Shown piece after piece: positions 13,400 to 25,723 of a DNA stretch of 64,000 bases. Within the stretch, counting starts at the first letter, position 1; each line of letters starts with the position of its first letter. Location of the stretch: assembly GCF_009914755.1 (NCBI RefSeq), contig NC_060928.1; one strand, 5' to 3'. This stretch comes from the human T2T-CHM13v2.0 reference genome, Homo sapiens. The position numbers were made by a program, and so were the translations under genes. Below the pieces are notes generated by a model, which had not been told where the DNA came from, searched no databases, and was given only the letters and a program-made list of their open reading frames with translations.

Positions 13400-14460
13400 T
13401 TTTAACATTTACTGAGTGCCTACCAGACACTAAGTGCTTTATACCATGTGATACAAAAATAATAACAATAAATTAAGTGAATAAATAAATACTAAAGACT
13501 GCTCTCAGTCTCTTCACAGTGTACTACAGGCAGCAAAGAAGCATTTGTCAGTCAAAGCACTAGACATCAAGATAAACGTATATATTGGGTGTAATTGCTA
13601 CACAAAGTAGATAGCAACACACTCTGCCCAGAGGTCATAGCAGTCAGAAAGATTTCCCAGAGGATGTGCTATCTGAACACAATCTTAGCAGTCACATAGG
13701 AGTGGCCTCAGGAATGGCCATGGAGATGACTGAAATCAGAGTTAAGTCACAATGACACAAGGCAGTGAAGGCATTGACTGTATTATCTACCTCAGAGCAT
13801 TGTTGTAGGAATTTAATAAAGTAATTCATGTCAAGTGGTTAAAGCAAAGCTGGCACATAGCAAGAGATGTGCATTTCAAGTACTGAGAGCAACATATACA
13901 GAAGCAAGTCACAGAAACAAGAAAGAACATGAAGCTTTTAGAGAACAGCCAGGGGATCAAAAAGGTCAAGACATTGAATTCCATGGCTGACTGTCAGAAA
14001 ATAAAGCTGTACCATGAAGAGGTCAAGATGTGGTCATAAAGGATAAAGAGCTACATTTGCCTTAGTTTGGGATTAATTCTACAGGCAACAGGGAACAAGG
14101 AAAGGATTTGTTTTTTGGAACTTGCTAGAAGTATGGAGGATCGATTTGTAGAAAACTATACTGGATACAGAAAGGATCAGATGGTATTCTATTACAATAG
14201 CCCAAGGTAAATGTTGTGAAGATCTGAACTAATCTGGAAGAGTGGTAGTGAAGAGAAGAGGTCAAATTTATAAGTTTTGATGATTGGATATACATGGAAA
14301 TTAAAGAATCATGTTCCTGAGATGACCCCAGGTTTCTGTGTTAAGTGGTTGCTTGTTTAGCAATGCTGTCAACCAAACAGGAAATAAATAAGGGACATGC
14401 GTCTTAAAGAAGGAAGAAGAAAATAGTGAGCTCATTTTGAATCTGTTGGCTTTGAAGGGT
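13400..14460. mobile_element. L2 fragment
   Basis: catttactgagtgcctacc terminus and purine-rich L2 body. Confidence 0.65.
13717..13868 (+). repeat. Direct local duplicate of 13222-13374
   Basis: About 152 bp, roughly 84% identical; spans an LTR/MIR junction. Confidence 0.9.
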
Positions 14461-14464
14461 CTAC

Positions 14465-14620
14465 CTAGTGCATGCTCTCTGCAGCTGCTCTACTTGTGTC
14501 CATTGTGAACTCAGCCAAAGGGAGGTGAGAAAGGCACAGAGAGGTCCCCACGATGCTCTGCAAGGCACTTTGCAGGATTTTTCTGGATCCCCAAGTGAAA
14601 CCAGACCTTAATAAGTACAC
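14465..14620 (-). pseudogene. Probable fossil exon
   Basis: CAG|VYLLRSGFTWGSRKILQSALQSIVGTSLCLSHLPLAEF; 3' phase needs a frameshift. Confidence 0.5.
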
Positions 14621-14839
14621 CTGCGATATTTTAGTAAACTATAACTAAGCTACATGCAACCATTTTTTAACTCCGCTAATTTACTATATTATCGTTAGAG
14701 TAGACATTAGGACCATGGCACATGGGTGTTTAATGATATGATGTGAATTAACGTTATGTCTGAAATTCCCCTATGGATGATTCATTACTCTTAAGTGATT
14801 GTTCTTCTCAGGAATTTTTACTTTAAAAGTGCAAATACC

Positions 14840-15149
14840 AGCCAGGTATGGTGGCTCACACCTGTAATCCCAACAATTTGGGAGGCTGAGGCAGATGGAT
14901 CACCTGAGGTCAGGAGTTTGAGATCAGCTTGGCCAACATGGTAAAACCCCATCTCTACTAAAATACAAAAAATAGCCAGGTGTGGTGGTGCACCCCTGTA
15001 ATCTCAGCTACTCAGGAGGCTGAGGTGGGAGGATCGCTTGAGCCAGGAAGACAGAGGTGGCAGTGAGCTGAGATCCCACCACTGTGCTCCAGCCTGGGCG
15101 ACAGAGTGAGACCCTGTCTCAAAAAAATAAAAAATAAAATCATAAAAGT
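14840..15149 (+). mobile_element. Alu (S/J)
   Basis: TSD aaaagtgcaaatacc at 14825-14839 and 15150-15164; the TSD overlaps the donor of fossil exon 15164-15519. Confidence 0.97.
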
Positions 15150-15163
15150 AAAAGTGCAAATAC

Positions 15164-15519
15164 CTTTGGACCCACACGTTGGGTATTATTACTCATTGAC
15201 AAATCTGTTTTTCTTCAAGTGAGAGAGAGGCTCATAGAAAATGGGAAGTCATTGAAGACCAACTGTAGCTCTTTGAGCTCAGCCTACAAATTCTGGTATG
15301 ACGTGTGGTGTGAAAAAAAATTACATTACAAACTGACTAAGTTATCCTTGCAGAATACTGATAACAGTTGTTTGCCTAGTTGGTTGGTTGGTTTACAAAA
15401 TCAGATCACTTCTTGGTCACAAGAGTTTGCCAAAGAACCTGAAGTATTCCATTGGTTGGAAGTAAAGCCATCAACCTTGGTCCAATATCAATGTTCCATG
15501 TATAATATTGTTATATTAT
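15164..15519 (-). pseudogene. Fossil exon (source of the inverted duplicate)
   Basis: 356 nt. Removing a 4-nt CCAA expansion and restoring the 8 nt kept in the copy gives 360 nt, phase 0->0: [115 protein letters not shown] (composite of source and copy). Confidence 0.8.
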
Positions 15520-15592
15520 CTAAAATTTTATAATAAAGATAAACATTTAATCATGTTAATATAAGTAAAAGGGCTGTAATTTGTGAGAAGAC

Positions 15593-15863
15593 CTAAGCCA
15601 GTCTCTCAGCTTATAGAGAAGATGAACTTTTCTGACAGATCCTTTTTTTCAGTGAATTAATAGCATTGGTTTTCCTGCCTAATAAACTGGCACCAGGAGC
15701 ATCAAATCTTCATCTCCTCTATTAAGTGAAACTATTCTCATTGCCCTCCTACCACATTCTTTCATTAGGCAAGTACCTTAGGTCAGAGTTTCTTTTACTA
15801 ATTATAGGCCTCATCAATTCCCCAATCTCAGTTTTAAAAGGTTTTAATAGGAATTTAAGTTTC
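15593..15863 (-). pseudogene. Fossil exon
   Basis: Long polypyrimidine tract then ggtatAG; 271 nt, phase 2->0; KLKFLLKPFKTEIGELMRPIISKRNSDLRYLPNERMW*...; weak donor. Confidence 0.6.
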
Positions 15864-16139
15864 CTATACCAAACAAGCAATTCCATTAGAAAAAGAATGA
15901 AAGAGGAAAGAGTGATTACAGAATTAAAGAGAAAACACATGCCTCCATCTGTGCCGCATTCTCTGAGAGGCAGTGGTGATACAAGTGTGGTATCCGCTTC
16001 CAAGGGGCTCACAGTCAAGCATAAGAAAAGGCTGTGATGTGCATAGAGAGCTACAAGACAGGGCACAATTCTTAACACAAGAAAAGGATCCAGCCGTCTA
16101 GACAGCAAGGCAGATTGTCACTGAGATGGCATTAGTCTA

Positions 16140-17390
16140 GCAGTTAGTCAGTCAATAAATACATATTAAGGCAAGCACTATTGTAGATATCTCATTCTAG
16201 TTGGAAAGTGCGGGTAACAAATGCATCCTGCACCCAGTATGGGCTACAGAGAACTTGAAATCATAGGATGCTCATTATCCAAGGTGGTCAGGGAAGACTT
16301 CTGAGGACTTGAAGGGGAAGCTCTGAAAGAAAAGCATTTTGAGCTCAAAATGCAAGGACGAAGTTCCTATATAAGAAAAAATTACCTTGTCATGTTTGAG
16401 GGACAGAAAGTGGGTAAATGTCACCATACCACATGAACAAAGAGGAGAGAGACAAGCTAGAAGTTACTTAGGGGTCAGATTAAGTGGGCCATTGGATAAT
16501 GTAGTTAGAAATTTACATTTAATTCTAAGTAGAAGCCATTGGAGAAGTTTTAAAACGGGAATGTTATGATCTGATGTACATCCTAGAGAAGTTTCTCTGG
16601 CAAATGTATGGAGAACCAATTTTAGGGAAGTAATAATGAAGGCAGGTAGACCAATCAGGAGGCTCTGAATGTAGTTCAGGAAAGAATATGGTGATACTAT
16701 TCCAGGTAAGAGATGATGGTGGCTTGGAACAAAGCTATGGAAAAGGAGATGGTAAAAATATGTAAGACTCAGATATATTTTGGTAATGTACTGACAGGAC
16801 TTATTCATGAATACAGTGTGGAAAGGAGAAATCAAGGCTTATGCTCAGGTTTGGCCTGAGCGGTACTGCAGTGCTATAAATGGTTGTACCTGAAAACCAT
16901 TTGTCTTGGTCACAAGAGAAACTCTTGTGACCAAGAAGTGATCTGATTTTGTAAACCAACCAACCAACTAAGCAAACAACTGTTACCAGTATTCTGCAAG
17001 GATTACTGAGTCAGTTTTTAATGTAATTTTTTTTCACATCACACATCATACCAGAATTTGAAGGCTGAGTTCAAAGAGCTAAAATAATGAAGTTAGTCTT
17101 CAATAACTTCCCATTTTCTATGAGCTTCTCTCTCACTTGAAGAAAAACAGATTTGTCAATGAGCTGAGAGAACAGTACTGCAGTGTTGTAAATGGACTTT
17201 TACTTGAGATAAAGAAGAGAAAAATAAATCAAGAGTTCTCTGATCATGTTAAGTTTGTGATTCTAATTAGACAGCCAAGGGATTAAGTAGATACTTGGAT
17301 ATGTGAGTACAAAATAGGTAAAGAGAAGTCCAGGTTGGAGATAAAAATTTGTGAGTCATCAGGGAATAGATGGTTTTGAAACGATCTTAA
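16140..17390. mobile_element. L2 fragment interrupted by templated insertion
   Basis: agaagccattggagaagttttaa...ccaggtaagagatgatggtggcttgg...gtcatcagggaatagatgg. Confidence 0.75.
16919..17163 (+). repeat. Inverted local duplicate of 15192-15428
   Basis: Reverse complement aligns with 13 substitutions and one 8-nt indel (counted by eye); flanked by a 23-bp imperfect direct repeat. Confidence 0.97.
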
Positions 17391-17969
17391 TAAGGCCCCG
17401 AAATGTGTCATTCATTCAATTCACACTTATGAGGTATCTATAATGTGGGAAGAAGGTACTAATCCTGTGCTGGGATAACTGGGAGGCCTGTCCTTAAGGA
17501 GCTTACAGCAGAGTGTGTGGAGGCGTGTGTCTCTGGGGTGGGAGTGAGGCATCAATAAGTAAAATACACAGCAGAAGGAAATAGCTGTGAAAGAGAATGA
17601 AGCAAAGTGGAGTTGAAGTTGTGATTAATTCCAACTGAACAATCTGTGAACAATCTGTTTCTCCCAGACTATCGCATTTCAGATGACCCTTAAATAATGC
17701 ATAGATATCAGTAGATGGAAGAAAAGGGAAGGAGCTGAAGTCCAGTGTGGGCAGTAGCAGGAAGGTGCAAAAGCAAATGCAAAACACCATCACGGCACAA
17801 GAAGGAATAAACGAATAAACACAACACAAACCCAACAGTAAAAGAGCCTAAGGTCTACATAGGGAAATTGACATGTAAAGAAATAATAAAAGTGGCTGTC
17901 CAAAGGAGTGTGGGTAATGTATGAAGGAAAATTCACCCTATGAAAGTTGATGCTTTAAAGACACAATCT

Positions 17970-18280
17970 GGCCAGGTGTGGTGGCACACGCCTGTAATCC
18001 TAGCACTTTGGGAGGCCAAGGCAGGCAGATTGCCTGAGCTCAGGAGTTCAAGACCAGCCTGGGTAACATGGTGAAACGCTGTCTCTACTAAAAATACAAA
18101 AAATTAGCTGGGTGTGGTGGCACACACCTTTAATCCCAACTACTTGATAGGCTGAGTCACTAGAATTGCTTGAACCCGGGAGTCAGAGGTTGCAGTGAGC
18201 TGAGATTGCACCACTACACTCCAGCCTGGGTGACAGTGAAACTTTGTCTAAAAAAAAGTTTAAAAATTAAAAAAATAAAT
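17970..18280 (+). mobile_element. AluS
   Basis: TSD aaagacacaatct at 17957-17969 and 18281-18293. Confidence 0.97.
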
Positions 18281-18592
18281 AAAGACACAATCTAACAGTA
18301 CAACTGTTAATAGGGTCTAAATCTTAAGGACTTAGGAAATGGATGCTCTTAGAAACTGATGCTGGAAAGTAAAAATGAAAGCATCCTCCTAGACTAGAGA
18401 TAAGGAAGAAATGAGTTAATATTAATAAATAATATTAGCAAAAAATGTTAGAACTCTAGTGTGGCACAAGAGCAGACATAAAATCCAAAGGTTGGTATCT
18501 TCTACTAAAAAATTACCTTATTGACATTTATTATTGTATGCAAACCACTGCCAACAATTACAGAGCTTATAAATGACAGATTTTCTACTTAC

Positions 18593-18637
18593 CATGTACT
18601 CATATTTTAAAGTGGCAGAACTGTCTAATGGAATATA
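18593..18637 (-). pseudogene. Probable 45-nt fossil exon
   Basis: Perfect donor ATG|GTAAGT; phase 2->2 links both neighbours; weak acceptor. Confidence 0.45.
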
Positions 18638-18704
18638 CTGTTTATTATTAAAATTCACATGAGCTACACATATGCACACACACAAATGTACACACACACA
18701 TTAC

Positions 18705-19553
18705 TCTCTATACATTCGGTATACTAGGATATTTCTTGATGTGAGATTTACTATCTACAAGCTCAATTATTTTTACTGGAAGAGCTAAAATTTTAAAGCA
18801 GCTTGAGCTTCAATGCAATACACTTCTTAAAGGGTAGATGTGTTATAAGACATCATAATTTCATATTCATTTCTGTATTCCTGAGGTTCTGTAATTTTTT
18901 AAAGCATGAGTCACAAAGTAGAGATGTGTGAAGAAGAAATGCACAGGCATGGAAACACATAAGCAAGAAAACACTATTTCTCCAGTATTATCAGAAGGGT
19001 GGTGACTAAAATTTCTGCTGTTGTTGTTTCCCCAGAAGAGAATGAAATTGATCTAGATTTTTGGAGAGTAAGAGCCATCTGTTCCCATGGATAACAGTAG
19101 CGCTGCCTTCCAAAAGTTATTCCTATTCACTGGAATTGGCCTCAAGCATCATTTTACCAGATAGTATTTAAAACTGAGATGATAACATCCAATATTAAAA
19201 CCATGGTGGGTTTTATGTCTTAATTTTGTTGCCTTTAACTTTTTGTTAGTTTTCTTAAGAGAAAAGAAGAGTGCATGTACATAAATAAAATGTCAGAGGC
19301 TTTTCTTTAATCCTTTCCAAACAGTGCTCAACAATTATTTCTCCCTTTCTATCCAGACTGTGTAATTCCAAAATGATCAGAGAAAAACTTGCCATCTGGA
19401 TGTCATAAGTAAATAACTTGTTTCTGAGGCCTGCCTGGAGCTGTCTGAACCAGTGCAATCATGGAGGTGTTGGCTAACGCACCTGAGATGAAGACACCTT
19501 CGGGCTTATTCTTGTACAACTGTTCTTCACTATGACATTTCTTTAGCATATGT
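18705..19553 (-). pseudogene. Probable large fossil exon (or several)
   Basis: About 850 nt repeat-free island; acceptor gatcttcAG, donor GTAATG; long open stretches such as KITEPQEYRNEYEIMMSYNTSTL*EVYCIEAQAALKF; internal frames ambiguous. Confidence 0.45.
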
Positions 19554-19914
19554 CTGAAGATCATTAAAAGGTAGTGCTGCAATCCTCTCCAAAGGCAGGT
19601 GAGTTATATTTGGACAGCTTAATAATCATAAAATTATTCTTTCAATCTAAGTTGAAATCTGCTCCCATGGAACTTTGATCAATTTGTTCTTTTTCTGCCA
19701 CTGGAAACTAAAGTGAGCATGATCCCTTTACATACAACATCTAAAATATTTGAAGGCAGTAATTATAAGTAATTCACCTACAACAACTTCATAAACACTT
19801 ATTTGATTATAAGTACTTCATCAATATTATCTCTTTCATTTTTTAATCATCTGTTCCATTTACAAGTTACCAGAGTTATTTATTGATTTTGTCTTCTGCA
19901 CATCATGTTTGTCT

Positions 19915-20645
19915 CTTTTTTAAATGAGTTCCCTATTTTGAAACTGTTTTAGACTTACAGAAAAATTGCAAAAATAGGGCAGAATTCCCATATACCTTGC
20001 ACATGCAGTTTCTCTTATTATTAACCTCTTACATTAGTACAGTATATTTGTCACAATTAGTGAACCTATATTGATATAATATATTAACTAAAGTTCATAC
20101 TTTACTTAGATTTCCTTAGTTTTTAATGTCCAGATTTCATCTAGCTATTTCATTAGGCTCCTCTTTACTGTGACAGTTTCTCAGGGTTCCTTGTCTTTTA
20201 TGACCTTGATACTTTTGAGGAATACTGGTCAAGTATTTTGTAGAATGTCTTTCAACAGAAATTTGTCTGATGATTTTCTTATAATTAAACTGGGGTTATA
20301 GGCTTATGGAAGTAAACCAATGGTAAAAATGCTATTTTCATCATACTGTATCAAGGGAACATACCATGAACATGATTTATCACTGTTGATGGTGACCTTG
20401 ATCATTCAGTGAGACAGTGGTTGTCAGGATTCTCCTTTGTAAAGTTACTCTCCTCCATGCATTCTTCTTTACTGTACTCTTGAACCAATGTCATTATACA
20501 GAGCACAGTTAAAGAATGGATAGTTATGCTCAAACTTCATGAAGGTAGAGTATCAGCATATAATATTTAGAATTCATTTGCATCAGATACTTGTCTTTGT
20601 CTGCCATTTATTTACTTATTAAATCATTTATTATATCCATATGGA
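19915..20645 (-). mobile_element. L1MC/MD-type 3' UTR
   Basis: tttagacttacagaaaaattgcaaaaatag...ctgtgacagtttctcag...gtattttgtagaatgtc. Confidence 0.8.
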
Positions 20646-20756
20646 TATGTTGAGTATCCTTTTGTATGCTTACTTACCCTCTGCATATTTTGTTCCCTTC
20701 CCTTCCCTTCCCCTCCCCTCCCCTCCCCACCCCTCCCCTACTCTCCTCTTCCCTTC

Positions 20757-20876
20757 CTTTTAATGGAGATGGGGTCTCACTGTGTTGCCCAGTCTGGTTT
20801 TGAACTCCTGGGCTCAAATAATCCTCCCACCTTGGACTCTCAAACTGCTGGGATTACAGGCATGAGCCACGATGCT
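20757..20876 (-). mobile_element. FLAM/Alu left monomer with (CCCTT/CCCCT)n tail, inside an L1M fragment
   Basis: gagatggggtctcactgtgttgcccag...gggattacaggcatgagccac. Confidence 0.9.
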
Positions 20877-22349
20877 GTATATTTTCTTTAGTGAGTGAAA
20901 TATCTATTTAGATCTTATGTCCATTTAAAAAATCAGATTGTTTGAATGTTCAGTTTTTTATATATTTTAGATAGAAGTCCATTATCAGATATGTTATTTA
21001 GGAAGGAAGCATCTCATTTCTCATTATTAAGCATGATGTTTACTGTAGGTTTTTTTGCAGATGATATTTTGAGAATGCTCCTATTCATATTTGGTAAGAG
21101 TTTTTATGATAAATGAGTATTTGATTTTGTCAAATGCTTTTTCTGCATCAACTGATATGATCATACAATGTTTCATTTTAGCCTATTGATATGGTGGATC
21201 TTTGTATTTTAAAATATATCTATGTCTTTCCATATAGAGCATATATGGAGTAGCGCTGATATGTGCTTCTCTAATCACAGCTATAAATTATTTCTCTACC
21301 CCAACGATGTAATTTGTCTGACCCTGGAGACTTGCATTAATTCAAAGCAGTTTGACTTGCTCTTACTATTTCTTTTCAAGATTGTTATCAGCTGTGGGCT
21401 AAGGTCTACTACCCACTCACTTTGACCAAGAAAACACAAGTTGAGTGTAGCTCATAGAGGAAGTAGTGCTGCTCAGTATGTGGTATAATGTGGTGCTTCT
21501 TAAACACTAATGTGCTTATAATTACCAAGGATCTCACTGAAATGAAGGTTTTTCTTCAGCAGGTATGAAAGGGGCCAGAGATTTTGCACTTTAATACACT
21601 CCCATAAGTGACAACACTGTTGGTCCATGGACTGCTTGTTGAATATTGAGGATATAGTGGGAAGCAGAGGCACAATTCCAGAGAAGCTAATGAAGCTTCA
21701 GTGCTCATCATTTGCACTGGCTTTCTTAGGTATTGGAAGTTGCCAGGAACTATAGAATATTCCAGATATATGCAAGGAAGCTGGGCTGCAAACAGGAAGT
21801 ATTTCTACATAAGCATTTCTGGCAAAGTGCTTAGATATCTTAGAAAATAGACACCCAAGTCTCCAAGGTTTGAATGATTTGTTGTGATTTCTCCTCCCAT
21901 TTTAAAAATTCTATTTATATTGAATATTGTACATTATAATTTTGTGTTCTCTTGCTCAAAAGGGACACCACAAATTGTATAAATTTCAGAGCCTAGAGAC
22001 CTGGATCTATCCCAGTGTAGAGTATAAAATTTAGAGTCACACAAACCTGAGATTAAGCTCTAGGAAAGCTCTAGTGAGCTAGTCCACACATGAATTCTGG
22101 CCTGAATTTGAAAATGATCATGAGTAGTGACTGGAACTCAGTTCAAGGTTGCTTTTAATCTGATTTATTCCTGAAGCAACTAAAAAGCAATGCAAAAATT
22201 TTACATGATAGAGGTGAAGATGGGGAGTGAGTTTCCCTGCTGCCTTCTTTACACTCATGAATGCATGTCCAAAATTTGGTGGTCCTACCAGTCTGTGTTA
22301 AGGCAGTGGCTCAACTAGGCAGAGCTTTCTACAACTATGGACTTTTATA

Positions 22350-22868
22350 TGTGATAGACAGCCCCTAGGGTGACCTCTCAGTACTCCCCGCCTTGTGGTG
22401 TTAAGACCTTGGCAGGAACTCCTCCCTTATGACTTGCTTCTAACCAACAGAATATGGCAAAGGTGATAGGGCGTAACTCTTGTAATTACATTACAGAAGA
22501 CTGGAGAGAGATAGAGAGAGAATCAGAGAATCTCCTGCTGGCCTTAAAGAAGCAATCATGTGTAAACTGCCTATGGAGAGAGGAGCCCATGTCAGGAAAC
22601 TGTGGGTGGCCTCTAGTAGCTGAGGGCCTGAGTCCTGCAATACCAAGGAACTGAGTTCTGCCAATAATCACATGATCTTGGAAGAGGTCCTAAGCTCCAG
22701 AAAAAAATGCAGCCCAGCCAACACCTTGATTGCAGCCTACTGACACCCTGAGCCTCTGATCCAGGTAGGCCACGCCCAACCTCCTGACCCACAGAAACTG
22801 TGAGGTAATAAACATGTGTTGTTTCAAGTCACTAAATTTGTTACACAACCATAGAAAACTGATATAAT
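22350..22868 (+). mobile_element. MaLR LTR (MLT1E/F-like)
   Basis: gacttgcttctaaccaacagaatatggcaaaggtga...ctcctgacccacagaaactgtgag. Confidence 0.85.
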
Positions 22869-23091
22869 GCATCAAGCCACATTAGCACCCAGAAACTACT
22901 TACACAATCATACGAGGCAATGATTCTTCTTCTGAGGGAGCCACATCCCCCAAGCCTAAATCTTGATTCCAGAACACAAAGTTCTGGCTGTGTCTGCCCT
23001 GGGGCTCTCTATCTCTACATCTGCTTTACAGGGAAGAGTTTTCACAGTGTGTCTTTAGAGATTATCTATGGAAAGAGTGGCACAGCCTACC

Positions 23092-23265
23092 AGCAGGATT
23101 GGCTATATAATGTGTAAAACTCAGTATGAAATGAAAATGTGGGCTCCTTGTTCAAAAATTTTTAAGAATTTCAAGACAGTGACAGCAGAGCCCATCTAAG
23201 TTTGGGGCCCATCTAAGAACGTGGCCTTGTGTAACTGCACAGGTCTCAAAATCATGAGGCCAGAT
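23092..23265 (-). mobile_element. hAT DNA transposon fossil (MER45A-like)
   Basis: gaaatgaaaatgtgggctccttgttcaaaaatt...aagaatttcaagac...ctgcacaggtc. Confidence 0.7.
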
Positions 23266-23932
23266 TTTACTATTACACCATGTTAGCCATGCCTTGAGAA
23301 AATTATTTAAGCTGAACCTCAACATACTCATCTGGAGAAAACAACATGCTGTAAGCTTCAGTACGGAGAATTGTGAAATTTAAAACAGATGATATATGTG
23401 GAAGTCTCTGACCTAGCAATAGGTATTCAATATATGTTGACTTTTTTGTCTTCCTTTCAGTCTTTGCTTTTTATTAAGCTATCAGCCTCAAGCACCCATC
23501 CTTCCTTACTCATCTTTTTTTCTCCAAGCACAACTAATATAGGAATTTTAATCATCCAAGAACACGCTGGCTACAGGTCAAGAAAAATTATTTCTTTTGA
23601 GACTCATGACTTGTTTTCAGGTATCTATTCCTGTTTTATTATTTTAAAAAATCAGCAAGTTACATAAAGTTTTATAGCACAAATTCTGAAACATCTCAAG
23701 GTTTTCCAACATAGATTTCTGTCATTTGATTACCCTTCTCTTAATAAACCCATCATTAGAGAATTTTCACTACCCAGTACTCCTGAGCAATATGGCACGC
23801 TTCCATCAGTATCAGTGACTTACCACAGAAGATTCTCAGCTGAGTGTGTCTTGGGGGTTGGAAGGAGATATTAAGAACTAAAGCAGTCTCTCACATTGTT
23901 TATGATTCTGACAAGGCAAGCATGCAACTTAC

Positions 23933-24062
23933 CACCACTACTTTGTTGAAAATCATTATTTTAGAAAGAATTTCATATAGTTTACCTTCCAAGGATGTAG
24001 AGGGTTATTTCATTTTCAATATATTCTTTCTGGATCTACAGTTTTTAATGACTTGTGATTTC
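23933..24062 (-). pseudogene. Fossil exon
   Basis: Donor GTG|GTAAGT; 130 nt, phase 2->0; KSQVIKNCRSRKNILKMK*PSTSLEGKLYEILSKIMIFNKVVV; frame not unique. Confidence 0.55.
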
Positions 24063-24131
24063 CTGACCATGTAAAATCTCATGTAAGCAACACATGACAT
24101 AATTTAGGATGTGAGATTGGTTCATACATAC

Positions 24132-24375
24132 AACCAGACAATTGAGGGTCTAAATTCAAAGCATTTATACTTGTCCCTCCCCATGAATATAGGAATCAAT
24201 GTAGCTGCTAGAGAGTAAGCCAAATTACCAGCTTGCATATTTTTATGTAAATGGAAAAGGTAACTTTCCATATGCATAAATAGTGTTAACATGCCTCTGA
24301 TTTTTAGGTGACTCACTCCTACAACCCCGTCCAACTCAGTCCCTAACAGAATCACAGCCAAATCTCCTTGGCATA
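24132..24375 (-). pseudogene. Fossil exon
   Basis: Acceptor gttttatctcAG, donor GTATGT; 244 nt, phase 1->2, fully open (core of ORF 24122..24430). Confidence 0.6.
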
Positions 24376-24692
24376 CTGAGATAAAACTCAATATTTTTTT
24401 CTGAGAAAATTGTATAAATGCCAGTAACAAGTACTAAAAGTATTAAATATATATCTTAGATTCATTTTTGTGTGTTGAATGATATTTTTTAGGGTATCCT
24501 AGGACCCCAAACAACATTGGTAAGGATGTTTTAATTATATAAAGTCCCAAGTCAGTAATTTATAAACAAAATTTTGGAATGCCCCTTCACATGATTTGGA
24601 GTTTACATGAATTCATAACATTTAAAACCATCAAGAGTACAGACCAAAGGAAGTTATAATAAAAGAAAATGACACATTAGTGATACATGTAC

Positions 24693-24855
24693 TATCTTAT
24701 CAGAAAGTTTTTCCTTCCATCCTTTCTACAAATCCATGACTCGCAGCTATTATTATTTATTATTTTGTACCAACATGGTACACTGAGGTCAATATTGGTA
24801 TGGCATCCCTTCCCTCTTGTCCTTCATTCCGTGTTTATAACATAAAAGGTAGTGG
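24693..24855 (-). pseudogene. Probable fossil exon
   Basis: 163 nt, phase 0->1 bridging both neighbours; PLPFML*TRNEGQEGRDAIPILTSVYHVGTK**IIIAASHGFVERMEGKTF. Confidence 0.5.
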
Positions 24856-25028
24856 CTAAAACCATGAGACACAGGTTCTTGTTCCATCTAAGAGATCAGG
24901 AGGGTATATCTGGTTTTTAAACAACAGAAAACTAAACATTTGATTGTAACAAAATAAAAATGAATAAAGGGAGGAAAGGAATGAAAGTGGGAAAGGAAGA
25001 AAGATAAAAAGAAAACCAAGAAAAGCTA

Positions 25029-25083
25029 TGAGGTTGGTGCAAAAGTAATTGAGGTTTTTGCCATTACTTTTGCACCAACCTAA
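25029..25083. mobile_element. MADE1 (Hsmar1 MITE), internally deleted
   Basis: TIRs aggttggtgcaaaagtaat / attacttttgcaccaacct; TA on both sides. Confidence 0.92.
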
Positions 25084-25723
25084 TAGTTAAACCTGTGTGG
25101 TTGAAGAGAGTCACAGTGACAGAGATCACAAAAGGGAGTGAAAGGGAACCAGAGACTAAACTTCAAGGCAGTTGAGCCAGATAATAAGGCTGCAGCAGAT
25201 CAGAGAAGATGTGTCCAAATCGCAGTGCACTTCAGAGAAATGAGCCCATATTTACTAAATAAATGTCATTACTTTTATATTCACAGCCAAGAAAGAATAG
25301 AGCAACTTCTGCCACCTCAATGACAGCTTAGATAAGTTCAGGTTCAATTTAGACACAATTACATCTTTTCTTTAAAGTGAACATTATTTTCACAGTTTAT
25401 TAATGTCAATTCCATAAAGCTAAGTATCTGTATCTTCACTATGATAAAAGCAAGTAGACTTTCTCATCTGTGACCTTCAAAAATATCCCAGAAGAGTGGT
25501 CATGAGAGTTTCAACTAAGGTTTAATATCAGAGGAAATTGAAAAAAGGAAATGGATTCAAATGAATTTTCAGCAATAGAATCTACAGGACTTAATCAAAA
25601 TACGAAATGATGGAAGAAATAGAACATAAAATCACAGCACGTTTAACATGATACATGCTGAAAACACATACACTTAGCACTAAGAAATTAAGGCATTAAT
25701 AAACTCAAGAAAGAGAATTTCCA

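Noticed and set aside
23824-23839. Perfect minus-strand donor GTG|GTAAGT
   Set aside because: It would define only a 16-nt exon or need a too-short intron; cannot be supported.
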